Shown here: positions 6,948 through 16,047 of the stretch, in pieces
How the letters are laid out: each line of letters begins with the position of its first letter
How positions within the stretch are numbered: position 1 is the stretch's first letter
Assembly (NCBI GenBank): GCA_016840465.1
Contig: JAEOSH010000051.1
Span: 1 to 16,047, forward strand
DNA length: 16,047 bases
Source: Candidatus Baldrarchaeum yapensis
GTDB taxonomy: Archaea; Asgardarchaeota; Baldrarchaeia; Baldrarchaeales; Baldrarchaeaceae
Reading direction: 5' to 3'
Program-made: the position numbers and the translations under genes
The notes under the pieces: model-generated
Databases searched by the model: none
Seen by the model: only the letters and a program-made list of their open reading frames with translations
What the model was told of the DNA's origin: nothing

Positions 6948-7394
6948 TTACTCTATTATGACGTCATCTATACCAAAGTGACGTTTTGCAAGTATTCTCG
7001 CCTTAGCAACGTTCTTTCCATTCTTTCCGATAGCAAGTCCCTTGTATTTTGGATCAACAGTTACTATTGCCACCTTTCTACCATCTTTGCGCTCAGTTAT
7101 GTGTACAGACTTTATACGTGCAGGCATGAGGGCATTTTTTATAAATTCTTCGGGCTTATCGGAGTACTCAACAACATCGATATCCTTTTTGAGTATCTGC
7201 TTTATCCTTTTTATATTCTCGCCGCGTTTCCCAATAGCGAGTCCCAGGTCACCTGCTTTTACCACAAAGATCAAACGGTTCATATTTTCGTCAATTACAC
7301 AGTCCTTTACGAGGGCTCTTGTGAAGGTTTCGAAGAGCGATATATACCTAATTTCCTCCGTTGTTAACCTAATTTTACTACTAGTCATGCTCAC
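6948..7394 (-). CDS. nusA: Archaeal NusA-like transcription factor (two KH domains)
   Basis: Two KH GXXG motifs are present (LAIGKRGENIKRI and LAIGKNGKNVAKA). The size of about 145 aa is typical, and so is the position after rpl30e. The GTG start at 7394 overlaps the rpl30e stop; an alternative ATG lies at 7388. Confidence 0.9.
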   Translation of the reverse strand: MSMTSSKIRLTTEEIRYISLFETFTRALVKDCVIDENMNRLIFVVKAGDLGLAIGKRGENIKRIKQILKKDIDVVEYSDKPEEFIKNALMPARIKSVHITERKDGRKVAIVTVDPKYKGLAIGKNGKNVAKARILAKRHFGIDDVIIE

Positions 7395-7699
7395 TCACTC
7401 TCCTCTACAAGTTTTAATATATCGGAATCTCCCGGATCTATAATAGCTAATGAGGAAACCATGAACGGTTTGCCGCATAGGGCTCCTAACTCAACACTAG
7501 AGCCCTCAAAAACATATAATGGAGTTTTGGAGAGTTTGCAATAATACATGACTTCTTGTTTTATTTCCTCCGGCGCTTCTTTTGCCAAAATTATCAATTT
7601 CGCTCTTCCTCGTCTTATCGTGTCAAGAGTACGCTTGGAGCCCAATATCACCTTACCGGTTTTTAAGGCCATTTTTAATGATTTCTCAAGGTTTACCAC
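7391..7699 (-). CDS. rpl30e: Ribosomal protein eL30
   Basis: This 102-aa ORF contains KTGKVILGSKRTLDTIRRGRAKLIILAKEAP, the typical L30e/L7Ae fold signature. It sits in the conserved position downstream of rpoA. The start is GTG. Confidence 0.9.
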   Translation of the reverse strand: MVNLEKSLKMALKTGKVILGSKRTLDTIRRGRAKLIILAKEAPEEIKQEVMYYCKLSKTPLYVFEGSSVELGALCGKPFMVSSLAIIDPGDSDILKLVEESE

Positions 7700-7701
7700 C
7701 G

Positions 7702-10700
7702 CTATTCACCTCCACTTTTCTTCACTAGGGGCGTCATGAACAACTCCAACATCCCAGTACCAAGGGGGATCTCCTGACCGATTATTATATTTTCTATCAC
7801 TCCTTGCAACTTATCTACTTCTCCACGTGCGCTCGCATCTAGCAACTGCTTAACCGTAACCTCAAATGCGGCCCTCGCAAGGACGCTTGGTTTCTCACCG
7901 CTAATGCCATGCCTACCTATTTGTCTAATCTCACCAGTTGCGGTCATTATGTCAGCCACTAGCATGATATGTCTAACATCCACGTCAAGACCCTGTTCTC
8001 GCAGAACGCCCATAGCTTCCTCTATTATTGCGGCCCTTGCTGCTTCTATGCCCAGTACCTCCGCAATTTCATGGATGTTATTTGTTTTTGTTCTCCGTTT
8101 ATCAACTCCGGGCACCCTTAGTACTTCATCCAAGTTCGAACCTTCAGTCTCTAAGACATATTCGACCTCGCCATCTCGCATCTTCTTGCTTATCACAACT
8201 CTAGTTATGTTTTTAATTCCCTTGAGATGATAAGATCTTACTTTCTCGACTAACTTCTGAAGTGCAGTGATTGATCTAGCTTCAGGGGTCTTAGGGGTCA
8301 CAATTATGAAATTATCCCTCACCTCAACCTGTACGTCCTTTATTCGTGAGAGTTTCTTCGCAACCTCGTCAATCGTCAATCCTCTGTTCTCCAATAGATG
8401 TTCATTTACTAAGATTACTACGCACTCGTTTGTTAGATCCATTCTTATATCATCAGCGATGGACTCCACTTTTGTCATCTCAATATTCCTTGCTACCTCT
8501 CTGGCCTTTTTTTCGTCTGTTCTGTAACTCTCTTCCAGATAAACTGTCATTGTTGGTGTTGAAGGATTCCTTCTTGCGTCAACTATCTCTATAAGTCGCG
8601 GAAGTCCCAAAGTCACGTTAAGTTCTCTTACACCAGCAAAGTGGAATGTTCTTAGGGTCATTTGTGTGCCGGGCTCGCCTATCGATTGCGCAGCCACGGT
8701 ACCAACGGCCTCTCCAGGCTCCACCTGTGCTAGGTTGTAGTATTTTGTGACTTCTTTAAGTAGAGTCTCAAAGTGCTCCTTGCTGATTCCGACCCTCGAT
8801 GCGAGATCTCTCAACTTGTCTATTAACGATTTAGGAAGAACTCCCTCCCTTTCCAAGGCCTCAAGTCTTTTGATAACATCTTCGTCTACCTTTCTTCTTT
8901 CGGGGACTATTTCGTCCAATAATTGCGGTAGCACTTTCTCTAGAATGGCGTCAACATTTACTGCCGACCCGTGATCGCTCTTCATAGGATCTATGCCATC
9001 CTCGCCATACCTAAACTGGACTATTTGCCCATCGGCTGTTCTGACGGTACTGTCATATTCCACCTTTATGTCCTGCAATGCATTTATCAACCGTCTTTGC
9101 ATGTAACCGCTTATCGAAGTTCTAACAGCCGTATCCACGAGTCCTTCTCTTCCACCCGCGGCGTGGAAGAAGAATTCTATCGGATTCAGTCCTCTTCTAT
9201 AACTCGAGAAGACGAACCCTCTGGCGCCAGCGCTTAACCCATACTCGCGCCTGAAGTGTGGCAACACGCGATCTCTATATCCTCTCTTTATTCTCTCTCC
9301 TCTGATGGACTGCTGTCCGAGACATGCTGCCATTTGTGTGATATTCAACTTTCCTCCTCTTGCCCCTGTCTCCGCCATTATGACAGCAGCGTTGTTAAGT
9401 TCCTCTCCAAGGTACTCTACTGCTATCTCACCCGCCTTGTCTCTGGCCTCCTGCAACACTTCCATGATCTTTAACTCAAGCGTCTCCTCAAGCGTCTTTC
9501 CTGGAAGCCTTTCTAAGCGTCCCTCTTCATAATCCCTTATTAACTCATTAACTCTTTCCTCGGCCTCGCTCAGTATCTTCTGGATTTTCTCAATTATTTC
9601 GCTCGGAATTTCTACATCATCGAGACCCATTGTAAAGCCTTTCCTTGAAATGTGCTCTATGAGCATCTTGCCTAATTTGTCCAAAAACTCTCGTGCAGCA
9701 TCATATCCGTGGTCCTTCGTTATCCTGTGAAGTACGCTGTTAGGCACGAACGCCCCTATTCCCTTTTCGTCTATTGAGCCGCAGAGAAGCTTGCCGTCTC
9801 TGATGACAACATATGCATCGTATGGGCAATCGGTCTCTTTACAACCCTCACGGCAACCCCTGCAAATGTTAGCTCTAAACGAGATATTTATCCCCTTAGG
9901 AAGTAGCAAGCTGAAGATTTGTTTTCCTGTCCAGAGTTTTACCGGCTTCTTTATTGCGGGCTCTGGAAGGTCTCCCTTATAGCCAGCAACTGTCAACAGT
10001 TGGCAAACATCATCCTTTGTGAAGAGGGCATCCTTTCGGGTAAGCAGATATGCCGATGTTATATAGTCTTGAATGGCTCCAATGATGGGGCCTCCGTATC
10101 TTGGAGAAAGTATTTGATTCTGAACTCTCATTAATATTCTCGCTTCCGCCCTTGCCTCTTCGCTCTGAGGAACGTGAAGATTCATCTCGTCTCCGTCAAA
10201 GTCAGCATTGTACGGTGGGCAAACGCAAAGATGTAATCGGAAGGTCCTATACGGCAGGACCTTCACTTCGTGTGCCATTATTGACATCCTATGTAAAGAT
10301 GGTTGCCTGTTGAACAATACGATATCTCCATCTCTCAAATGCCGTTCAACTATGTATCCGGGCTCTAGCGACTCAGCGATCGCCTCTCTATCCTTAACGA
10401 ATCTCAGGTCTATTCTTCTGCCATCTGTCCGTATGATGTAATTTGCACCCGGATACTGATCCGGTCCTCTTTTTACAAGCATCTTTAACTCTTCGATATT
10501 CCACTCGGTTACCTTCTCGGGAACGGTCAATATCTTTGCAACGAACTCAGGAACACCAACCTCATTAATACTCAAATTAGGATCAGGAGAAATGACAGTC
10601 CTAGCGGAGAAATCTACACGTTTTCCTGATAGATTACCTCTAAATCTTCCCTCTTTACCCTTTAACCTCTGACTTAGCGTCCTAAGAACCCTTCCTGATC

Positions 10701-11577
10701 TGTGCCTTGCGGGAGGAATTCCAGAAACCTCGTTATCGAAATATGTGATCACATGATACTGCAATAACTCCCATAAATCGTCGATGATTATCTGAGGTGC
10801 TCCAGCCTCGATGTTCTCCTGCAACCTGCTATTTATTCGTAGGATATCAACTAACTTATGTGTAAGGTCGTCTTCGGATCTCACACCAGATTCTAATGTT
10901 ATACTCGGCCGTACTGCTATTGGAGGTACTGGAAGTACTGTTAGGATCATCCACTCTGGTCTTGCGCGTTTGGGATGGATCCCAAGAAGGTAACAATCAT
11001 CATCAGGAATTCTTTCGAATCTATCTCTTATCTCCACGGGAGTGAGCCTTCTAAGTCCCTCTGGGGTCTCCTCGTAAAAGGTCGTTGGTTTTTCAAACCT
11101 TATCTTGTATTGCTCGGCACCGCAATGAGGACATTGTTTAACATTTGCAACCTTCTTTGCAACCTCCTCGGAAATCTCCTGCGCAAGGATAGGCCATTTA
11201 TCCATGTTTTCGCGTATTCTCTTCAAATACTGATTTATAACGTCCTGGGGTAATAAAACTCTACTACAAACTCTGCAGATGCACTTAAGGATCCTATTTA
11301 TTATCTTGGCGAAACCAACATGAATAACGGGTCTTGCAAGCTCTATATGTCCAAAATGACCTGGACATTCTCCCATTCTGTTACCGCATGTACCGCATCT
11401 TTGTCCAGGTTCGATGGTCCCGAGACGGGGATCCATAAGCCCAGATTCAATAGGAGTACCATCTTCATTATATGTATCCGGAGTAAATATTCTCGCTACG
11501 CTCATTTTTCGAATCTCATCTGGGGAGAGAATTCCAAACTCTATTGCACTAATCCTCTTAGGCACACGTAAACTCAT
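7702..11577 (-). CDS. rpoA: DNA-directed RNA polymerase largest subunit, unsplit (A' and A'' parts in one ORF)
   Basis: The N-terminal zinc motifs are present, as is the catalytic [10 protein letters not shown]. The A''-type segment [32 protein letters not shown] is in the same frame. No stop or restart occurs in the usual split region, around aa 885-900 (nt about 8878-8925). Confidence 0.95.
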   Translation of the reverse strand: MSLRVPKRISAIEFGILSPDEIRKMSVARIFTPDTYNEDGTPIESGLMDPRLGTIEPGQRCGTCGNRMGECPGHFGHIELARPVIHVGFAKIINRILKCICRVCSRVLLPQDVINQYLKRIRENMDKWPILAQEISEEVAKKVANVKQCPHCGAEQYKIRFEKPTTFYEETPEGLRRLTPVEIRDRFERIPDDDCYLLGIHPKRARPEWMILTVLPVPPIAVRPSITLESGVRSEDDLTHKLVDILRINSRLQENIEAGAPQIIIDDLWELLQYHVITYFDNEVSGIPPARHRSGRVLRTLSQRLKGKEGRFRGNLSGKRVDFSARTVISPDPNLSINEVGVPEFVAKILTVPEKVTEWNIEELKMLVKRGPDQYPGANYIIRTDGRRIDLRFVKDREAIAESLEPGYIVERHLRDGDIVLFNRQPSLHRMSIMAHEVKVLPYRTFRLHLCVCPPYNADFDGDEMNLHVPQSEEARAEARILMRVQNQILSPRYGGPIIGAIQDYITSAYLLTRKDALFTKDDVCQLLTVAGYKGDLPEPAIKKPVKLWTGKQIFSLLLPKGINISFRANICRGCREGCKETDCPYDAYVVIRDGKLLCGSIDEKGIGAFVPNSVLHRITKDHGYDAAREFLDKLGKMLIEHISRKGFTMGLDDVEIPSEIIEKIQKILSEAEERVNELIRDYEEGRLERLPGKTLEETLELKIMEVLQEARDKAGEIAVEYLGEELNNAAVIMAETGARGGKLNITQMAACLGQQSIRGERIKRGYRDRVLPHFRREYGLSAGARGFVFSSYRRGLNPIEFFFHAAGGREGLVDTAVRTSISGYMQRRLINALQDIKVEYDSTVRTADGQIVQFRYGEDGIDPMKSDHGSAVNVDAILEKVLPQLLDEIVPERRKVDEDVIKRLEALEREGVLPKSLIDKLRDLASRVGISKEHFETLLKEVTKYYNLAQVEPGEAVGTVAAQSIGEPGTQMTLRTFHFAGVRELNVTLGLPRLIEIVDARRNPSTPTMTVYLEESYRTDEKKAREVARNIEMTKVESIADDIRMDLTNECVVILVNEHLLENRGLTIDEVAKKLSRIKDVQVEVRDNFIIVTPKTPEARSITALQKLVEKVRSYHLKGIKNITRVVISKKMRDGEVEYVLETEGSNLDEVLRVPGVDKRRTKTNNIHEIAEVLGIEAARAAIIEEAMGVLREQGLDVDVRHIMLVADIMTATGEIRQIGRHGISGEKPSVLARAAFEVTVKQLLDASARGEVDKLQGVIENIIIGQEIPLGTGMLELFMTPLVKKSGGE

Positions 11578-11588
11578 AAAAATCCCCC

Positions 11589-14500
11589 CTAAGTTCTCTC
11601 CTCTAATCTGAGTCTAGGAGCTATACATAACGACATTAGTTCTTGTAAGAGTAACTTGAACGCATAGGATGTAATTACCGGGGCAAACTCTCCATCCTCA
11701 CCATGAATTGGACAGATGTACTTATTTCTATTTCTGTCGTAGTAAGCTATGAATCCACATTTCTCACATACTATTATTTCGACTTTATCGGATTCCTCGA
11801 GCAATCTATCCTTAAGTAACATTGCCGCTCCATATCCGACTAGGCAGTCTCTTTCCATCTCTCCAAATCTAAGTCCTCCCTCCCTCGCTCTTCCTTCAGT
11901 TGGCTGTCGAGTTAGTATCTGAACAGGTCCTCTTGCTCTCGCGTGGATTTTGTCAGCAACCATGTGGTGCAATTTCTGGTAATAAACAACGCCTATGAAG
12001 ATGTCAGCCTCAAACTTCCTTCCTGTGATTCCGTCATACATTACCTCCCTTCCGTTATACTTAAAGCCCAGACGTTGCAATTCCGCCATTAGGTCTTCCA
12101 CCTTCTCTCCATAGAACGGTGTTCCATCGACCTTTCTACCAGCTAGCGCTGCAACTTTACCTGCAATGGACTCTATAAGTTGCCCAAGGGTCATTCGTGA
12201 TGGAAATGCATGCGGATTTATTATCAGATCGGGAACTATGCCGTCCTCCGTAAATGGCATGTCTTCCTGCGGCACTATCAGTCCGATCACTCCCTTCTGC
12301 CCATGTCTCGATGCAAATTTGTCGCCAAGTTCAGGGATTCCAAGCCTTCTGACCTTCACCTTCACAAGTCTATTACCATCAGCTGTCTGTGTTAGTATAA
12401 CAAGATCGACGATTCCCTCCTCACCATGCCGCAGGCTTATTGAGGTTTCCCTTCTTGCGCCTGGTCTTACCTCGAATTCGGCATACTCCTCTAAGAATCT
12501 CGGAGGGCTCGTTCTTCCTATAAGCACATCTCCTCCCTTAACTTCAAGCTCAGGCTCTATTATCCCATCCTCAGCCAAACACCTGTACACGTATTCTGCT
12601 CTGTAGCCCCTTACGTCTCTAGGCGGTATCTCGAAGCGATCTTCCTGTCCTCCTGGGAATTTCCTCTCTTCTGCCTCGTAACATCTGAATGTGGTCGAGC
12701 GAGCAAGTCCTCTTTCGATAGAAGCCTTATTTATTATGAGAGCGTCCTCAATGTTATATCCCTCATACGATAATACTGCAACTATGAAGTTCTGTCCTGC
12801 TGGTCTCTTATCGAACCCTGTTACCTCAGCCCCCTTCGTTGTAACCAGAGGTACCTGCGGGTAGTGAAGTACGTGGCTTCGTGTGTCAACTCTTAATTTA
12901 AAGTTAGCTGCGGCCAAACCAAGAGCCTGCTTTGCCATACCTGCTTCATAGGAATTCCTCGGAGACTGGTTATGCTCAGCATACGGTATTAAGGAGGCGG
13001 TAACCCCTAAGATCATAGGAGGGTATATCTCGAGATGCGTATGCTGTTCTGTGAGGTCTTCAGGGTCAAGTGCTATGTACGCGTTTTCTTCCTCCTCCGC
13101 ATCAAGGAATTCGACTATTCCATGTTTCACGAGATCCGAGAACTTCCACTCCCCCTTTCTTATCTTCTCCACATGTTCTGGCCTTAATTTCGGTTGTCCG
13201 TTTTCAACGATGATAAGTGGTCTGCGCGCGCGTCCCGAGTCACAGTTGACATAAACTTCCTTTACACCACTAGTTTCATAATAAGCGACGTTCACCTCGG
13301 GGTCTATATGACCCCTCCTTCTCAATTGTCTAATCTGAATTGCCAACTGTTGCCCATCGGGGTGGTATCCAATGAGCCTGCCGTTAAGGAAAACTCTCGC
13401 ATAAGTGTTCTTCTCGGAGCTGGTTTCCTCAGGTGGCTTTACACCCAGTTCATATAGTTTTGACTCTATAGTTGACTCGTCAATACCAACGGATATGCAA
13501 ACCATGAGCGCAAGGTTCTTAACAAGTCCGCAGTTTGGCCCTTCAGGGGTTTCATTTGGACAAATCTTACCCCAATGTGTCGCATGTAAGTCTCGTGCCT
13601 CAAAATGAGGCTGACTTCTACTTAATGGTGATACTATTCTTCTAAGGTGACTAAGGGCGGACATGTAATTTGTTCTATCAAGCAATTGACTAATTCCTGC
13701 CTTTTGTCCAGGCCAGTTTCCTGTGGCAAGTGCATGCCTAAATCTTTCAGTAATAACATCTGCCCTTACAACAGTATGTAAACTAATTTTCTTAGACTTG
13801 TCAACCCCCTTCTCTATCTGGTACTTTATGTCCTTGCATAGGTTGTTAAACGCGTATCTGAACAGAGTTTCTAGAAGATCTCCGACAAGTCTCAGCCTCT
13901 TGTTTGCATAATGATCCTTATCATCCGGTTCTCGTCTTCCTAGTACAAGCTCCAGCAAACGGCGCGTCATTAACGCCAAAAAATGAGCCTTCTTAATGCG
14001 GTCTTCTTTGGACGTTCCAACATGTGGCAATAGATACCTATCCAAAATCTGCTCAGCGCGTTCTATTCTTCTCTCTCTTGCCTGTCCAAGTGCGACTCTC
14101 CTACCTATATAATCAAGCGCGTCCTTTATCGTCTTTTCAGGATTTCTGGGATCATACACAACTTTAGCTGATCGTGCTTCTTCCATTGATGGTATGAGTT
14201 GGGTTTCAATTTCGGTATCCCCCTCAGCAATCGCCTCTATGATTTGCTTGTCCGTAACTAAGCCCAATGCCCGCATCATTATTACTAAGGGTATCTTTGT
14301 TGGAAGGGACGGCATGGATACCTTTAATGTTCCATCACGAGATCGTTCTATACTCACTGGTGCTCTAAATCCCCGTCCACTGGAGAATACTTTAGCAACA
14401 TGCGTCGCAGTACTTCCACTTGGCGCTACTTCGACGATAATTCTATTCGGTGCTAGATCCTCTTGAGTTACGATAACCCTTTCAGAGCCATTTATTATAA

Positions 14501-15005
14501 AGTAACCTCCGGGATCATTAGGATCCTCCCCCGCCTCTATCAACTGATCTGGCGTCATCTTTGACAAATAGCACTTACATGACTTCAACATTATTGGGAT
14601 TCTTCCTATAAAGACCTTCTCGGTCTTCCCCTCTTTGACCATTCCTGTTTCATTATCGACATATATTGGGGTCATTTCAAGATAAACTGGCGCAGCATAC
14701 GTAAGGTTTCTAATTCTGGCCTCCATGGGATATATTTTTCTCGTAGAACCATCTGCCTCCCTTATCATTGGCTCTCCAACTTCTATCTTCCCGAATTTTA
14801 TGTATTTTAGTGAAGATCCCTCCTCTTCACGTGCCTCTATCTCTATCTGTCCAATCTCGTCGACAATTGCCTGCATCCCTCTAGTTATGAACGCATTAAA
14901 CGACTCCAATTGTTGCTGTACCAATCCCATCTCTTTAAAGTAAGCCTTCATAACCTCCCAACGATCCTCCGTAGTGAGATTAATCCTCTGCATACAGACA
15001 CCCAC
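11589..15005 (-). CDS. rpoB: DNA-directed RNA polymerase subunit B (unsplit)
   Basis: This is a 1138-aa ORF with the conserved [13 protein letters not shown] motif. It also has the C-terminal zinc ribbon CEKCG...CPIHG. The listed start is GTG at 15005. ATG at 14993 (MQRINL...), preceded by GGTGGGTG, is the more likely start. Confidence 0.96.
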   Translation of the reverse strand: MGVCMQRINLTTEDRWEVMKAYFKEMGLVQQQLESFNAFITRGMQAIVDEIGQIEIEAREEEGSSLKYIKFGKIEVGEPMIREADGSTRKIYPMEARIRNLTYAAPVYLEMTPIYVDNETGMVKEGKTEKVFIGRIPIMLKSCKCYLSKMTPDQLIEAGEDPNDPGGYFIINGSERVIVTQEDLAPNRIIVEVAPSGSTATHVAKVFSSGRGFRAPVSIERSRDGTLKVSMPSLPTKIPLVIMMRALGLVTDKQIIEAIAEGDTEIETQLIPSMEEARSAKVVYDPRNPEKTIKDALDYIGRRVALGQARERRIERAEQILDRYLLPHVGTSKEDRIKKAHFLALMTRRLLELVLGRREPDDKDHYANKRLRLVGDLLETLFRYAFNNLCKDIKYQIEKGVDKSKKISLHTVVRADVITERFRHALATGNWPGQKAGISQLLDRTNYMSALSHLRRIVSPLSRSQPHFEARDLHATHWGKICPNETPEGPNCGLVKNLALMVCISVGIDESTIESKLYELGVKPPEETSSEKNTYARVFLNGRLIGYHPDGQQLAIQIRQLRRRGHIDPEVNVAYYETSGVKEVYVNCDSGRARRPLIIVENGQPKLRPEHVEKIRKGEWKFSDLVKHGIVEFLDAEEEENAYIALDPEDLTEQHTHLEIYPPMILGVTASLIPYAEHNQSPRNSYEAGMAKQALGLAAANFKLRVDTRSHVLHYPQVPLVTTKGAEVTGFDKRPAGQNFIVAVLSYEGYNIEDALIINKASIERGLARSTTFRCYEAEERKFPGGQEDRFEIPPRDVRGYRAEYVYRCLAEDGIIEPELEVKGGDVLIGRTSPPRFLEEYAEFEVRPGARRETSISLRHGEEGIVDLVILTQTADGNRLVKVKVRRLGIPELGDKFASRHGQKGVIGLIVPQEDMPFTEDGIVPDLIINPHAFPSRMTLGQLIESIAGKVAALAGRKVDGTPFYGEKVEDLMAELQRLGFKYNGREVMYDGITGRKFEADIFIGVVYYQKLHHMVADKIHARARGPVQILTRQPTEGRAREGGLRFGEMERDCLVGYGAAMLLKDRLLEESDKVEIIVCEKCGFIAYYDRNRNKYICPIHGEDGEFAPVITSYAFKLLLQELMSLCIAPRLRLEERT

Positions 15006-15010
15006 CCAAC

Positions 15011-15313
15011 TTATTTCTCCCTGCCTTTCTCAATAACATATCTATATGCAACATGAGTACCCGCAGTAGGACTTTTTCTTATAACTTTAATTATGTCTCC
15101 AGGTTTTGCACCAATTATTTGGACTATGGGGTCAGAATCCTTTATCCACGGAAGTTGTTCGGGCTTTATGTTTAAATTTGCTAGCAGTTTCCTCGCCTCC
15201 CTCTTACTGAGAATAATATGCTCTGGAACAAGTTCATGTTCGAGTATTTCGACCATTAACACCCTCTTTTTACTACTCATCTGATAACTCACCAATCCGA
15301 GTATGGGTATCAT
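15011..15313 (-). CDS. rpoH: RNA polymerase subunit H (Rpb5-like)
   Basis: The sequence [19 protein letters not shown]...[15 protein letters not shown]...YRYV matches the RpoH pattern. The start is probably the internal ATG at 15280 (MSSKKR...), which has GGTGAG 8 nt upstream, rather than 15313. Confidence 0.88.
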   Translation of the reverse strand: MIPILGLVSYQMSSKKRVLMVEILEHELVPEHIILSKREARKLLANLNIKPEQLPWIKDSDPIVQIIGAKPGDIIKVIRKSPTAGTHVAYRYVIEKGREK

Positions 15314-15475
15314 TCATATCATCATATGCGTGTACCCGAGAATCAGAATGCATGTACCACATCATACCCGTTATGGATATCTTTCCTTGATCACTTTGTG
15401 ATCCGTAATTTACAAATAAGCGTATATATTTTTTTCTAAAGTATTAGTACTTCTGAAACTTCTTCTCGGAGAATG

Positions 15476-15510
15476 CGAAAGGTTTATGCGGCCGCCCGCC
15501 GGCACCTAAC
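15476..15510. repeat. Putative left terminal inverted repeat (IRL) of the right-flank IS
   Basis: AAAGGTT (15478-15484) and GCACCT (15502-15507) are 17 nt apart. They mirror the reverse complement of 567-573 and 544-549 at the other flank. The GC jump starts here. Confidence 0.4.
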
Positions 15511-15513
15511 AGT

Positions 15514-16047
15514 ATGAAACCCCGACACAACTCCACACAGGCGAAACGCGCACCGGCGGGCGACCGAAATACGGTACGGCGGGCGCAGTATTTAAGCGTA
15601 TCGGCGGTCGCGGGGGCGCTCCCGCGCTCCATACGCGGCTACAAGATCGATCGAGCGTCTCTCTCCTGGATCCTGACGAGCGCTACTGTCTCCAATGACT
15701 TCGTGACGTCCGCCGCGCGGCCGCTTCATGTGCATCCCGACTCGGTGGCCTTCCAGATGAGGAAAATAGGAATGCGCGACGCCGAGAGTCTCAACGAGAT
15801 CCTCGGGGAGATCGCCGCCGGAGTGCTGCGCCGCAGGAGGGTATTGATCGCGATGGACACAACCGAAGTTCCCTACTTCGGCACACGCGACGAGTGGGTC
15901 CACTACTCCCCCACCAAGAAGTGCTACGTGCATAGGTACGTCGTGGCGGCCGCCATCGACGGCCCCCGGAAGATCCCACTCTCCATAAGGCCCATCTCCA
16001 TGTTCGGCAGCCGCGCCGGCGCCGCGGAGGCGGTGCTTCGTGACATC
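15514..16047 (+). CDS. DDE transposase, IS4/IS5 superfamily, N-terminal part (3'-truncated by the window edge; not in the supplied ORF track because it has no stop)
   Basis: Frame 1 is open from ATG 15514 to the window end, 178 codons, after stops at 15445 and 15454. It contains RRVLIAMDTTEVPYFG, a first catalytic Asp motif (GAC 15856-15858). It is homologous by eye to the left-flank fragment (KIPLSIRPISMF versus KVNLRHRVDMF). A hand-counted line gave about 70 %GC. Confidence 0.65.
   Translation, partial: MKPRHNSTQAKRAPAGDRNTVRRAQYLSVSAVAGALPRSIRGYKIDRASLSWILTSATVSNDFVTSAARPLHVHPDSVAFQMRKIGMRDAESLNEILGEIAAGVLRRRRVLIAMDTTEVPYFGTRDEWVHYSPTKKCYVHRYVVAAAIDGPRKIPLSIRPISMFGSRAGAAEAVLRDI

Larger units (their letters stand above)
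15476..16047 (+). mobile_element. Left-hand end of an insertion sequence (IS4/IS5-like), remainder outside the window
   Basis: A terminal repeat block is followed 6 nt later by the transposase ATG. There is a sharp GC shift relative to the AT-rich rpoH upstream region. Confidence 0.55.

Noticed and set aside
2123-11577. Inteins or large insertions in EF-2, RpoA or RpoB
   Set aside because: The protein lengths (732, 1291 = A' + A'', and 1138 aa) match intein-free homologs. The conserved motifs are contiguous.
7904-14943. Dozens of 60-146-aa plus-strand ORFs inside rpoA and rpoB, such as 12166..12606 and 7904..8230
   Set aside because: All of them lie antisense within strongly supported, highly conserved genes. 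Their compositions are low-complexity (Ser/Leu/Ile-rich) and they show no recognisable motifs. They are typical shadow ORFs.
578-15475. The 14.9-kb core block as the cargo of a composite transposon
   Set aside because: The cargo consists entirely of universal essential genes in near-canonical archaeal order. The flanking IS copies are highly diverged, and only one end of each is visible. Nothing supports mobility of the block itself.
15444-15979. Minus-strand ORFs 15444..15632, 15592..15933 and 15791..15979, and the left-flank ORFs 117..299, 122..589 and 283..585
   Set aside because: They are Arg/Pro-rich antisense frames in 65-70 %GC sequence, where stop codons are rare. The plus-strand frames carry the DDE transposase motifs.
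1-16047. The window as a circular element with one transposase split across the ends
   Set aside because: Joining 16047 to 1 keeps frame 1, which hits TAA at 112-114. The two fragments also overlap in homologous regions (both contain a first-Asp region and the ...MF...RDI segment) at low identity. They are therefore two different IS copies.

Overview
This window is an archaeal core information-processing locus, bracketed at both edges by GC-rich insertion-sequence fragments. The minus strand carries a tightly packed cluster. It reads rpoH, unsplit rpoB, unsplit rpoA (A' and A'' in one 1291-aa ORF), rpl30e, nusA and rps12, followed by a second unit of tuf (EF-1alpha) and rps10. EF-2 lies on the plus strand, convergent with rps10. 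Upstream of EF-2, two divergent GC-rich tRNA genes flank a 475-bp AT-rich spacer: tRNA-Gly(CCC), and a 120-nt gene that I hand-fold as a two-intron tRNA-Pro(CGG). An Xre-type HTH regulator gene follows on the left. Single 60-nt lines of the core that I hand-counted gave 42-57 %GC. Both window edges (about 1-577 and 15476-16047) gave 65-70 %GC. They carry the C-terminal and N-terminal parts of two diverged, same-orientation IS4/IS5-superfamily DDE transposase genes, with matching terminal inverted-repeat blocks. Codon usage, protein composition and all-GC tRNA stems suggest a thermophilic archaeon, possibly of TACK or Korarchaeota-like affinity, but that is a tentative inference. I see no CRISPR array, defence island or clearly novel multi-gene system. 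The points most worth a second look are an EF-2 whose diphthamide-acceptor His is replaced by Glu, the unsplit rpoA, the missing rps7 with a displaced EF-2, the tRNA with two non-canonical introns, and the foreign-looking IS copies around essential genes. Everything here is by-eye reading and motif recall; no searches or folding programs were run.
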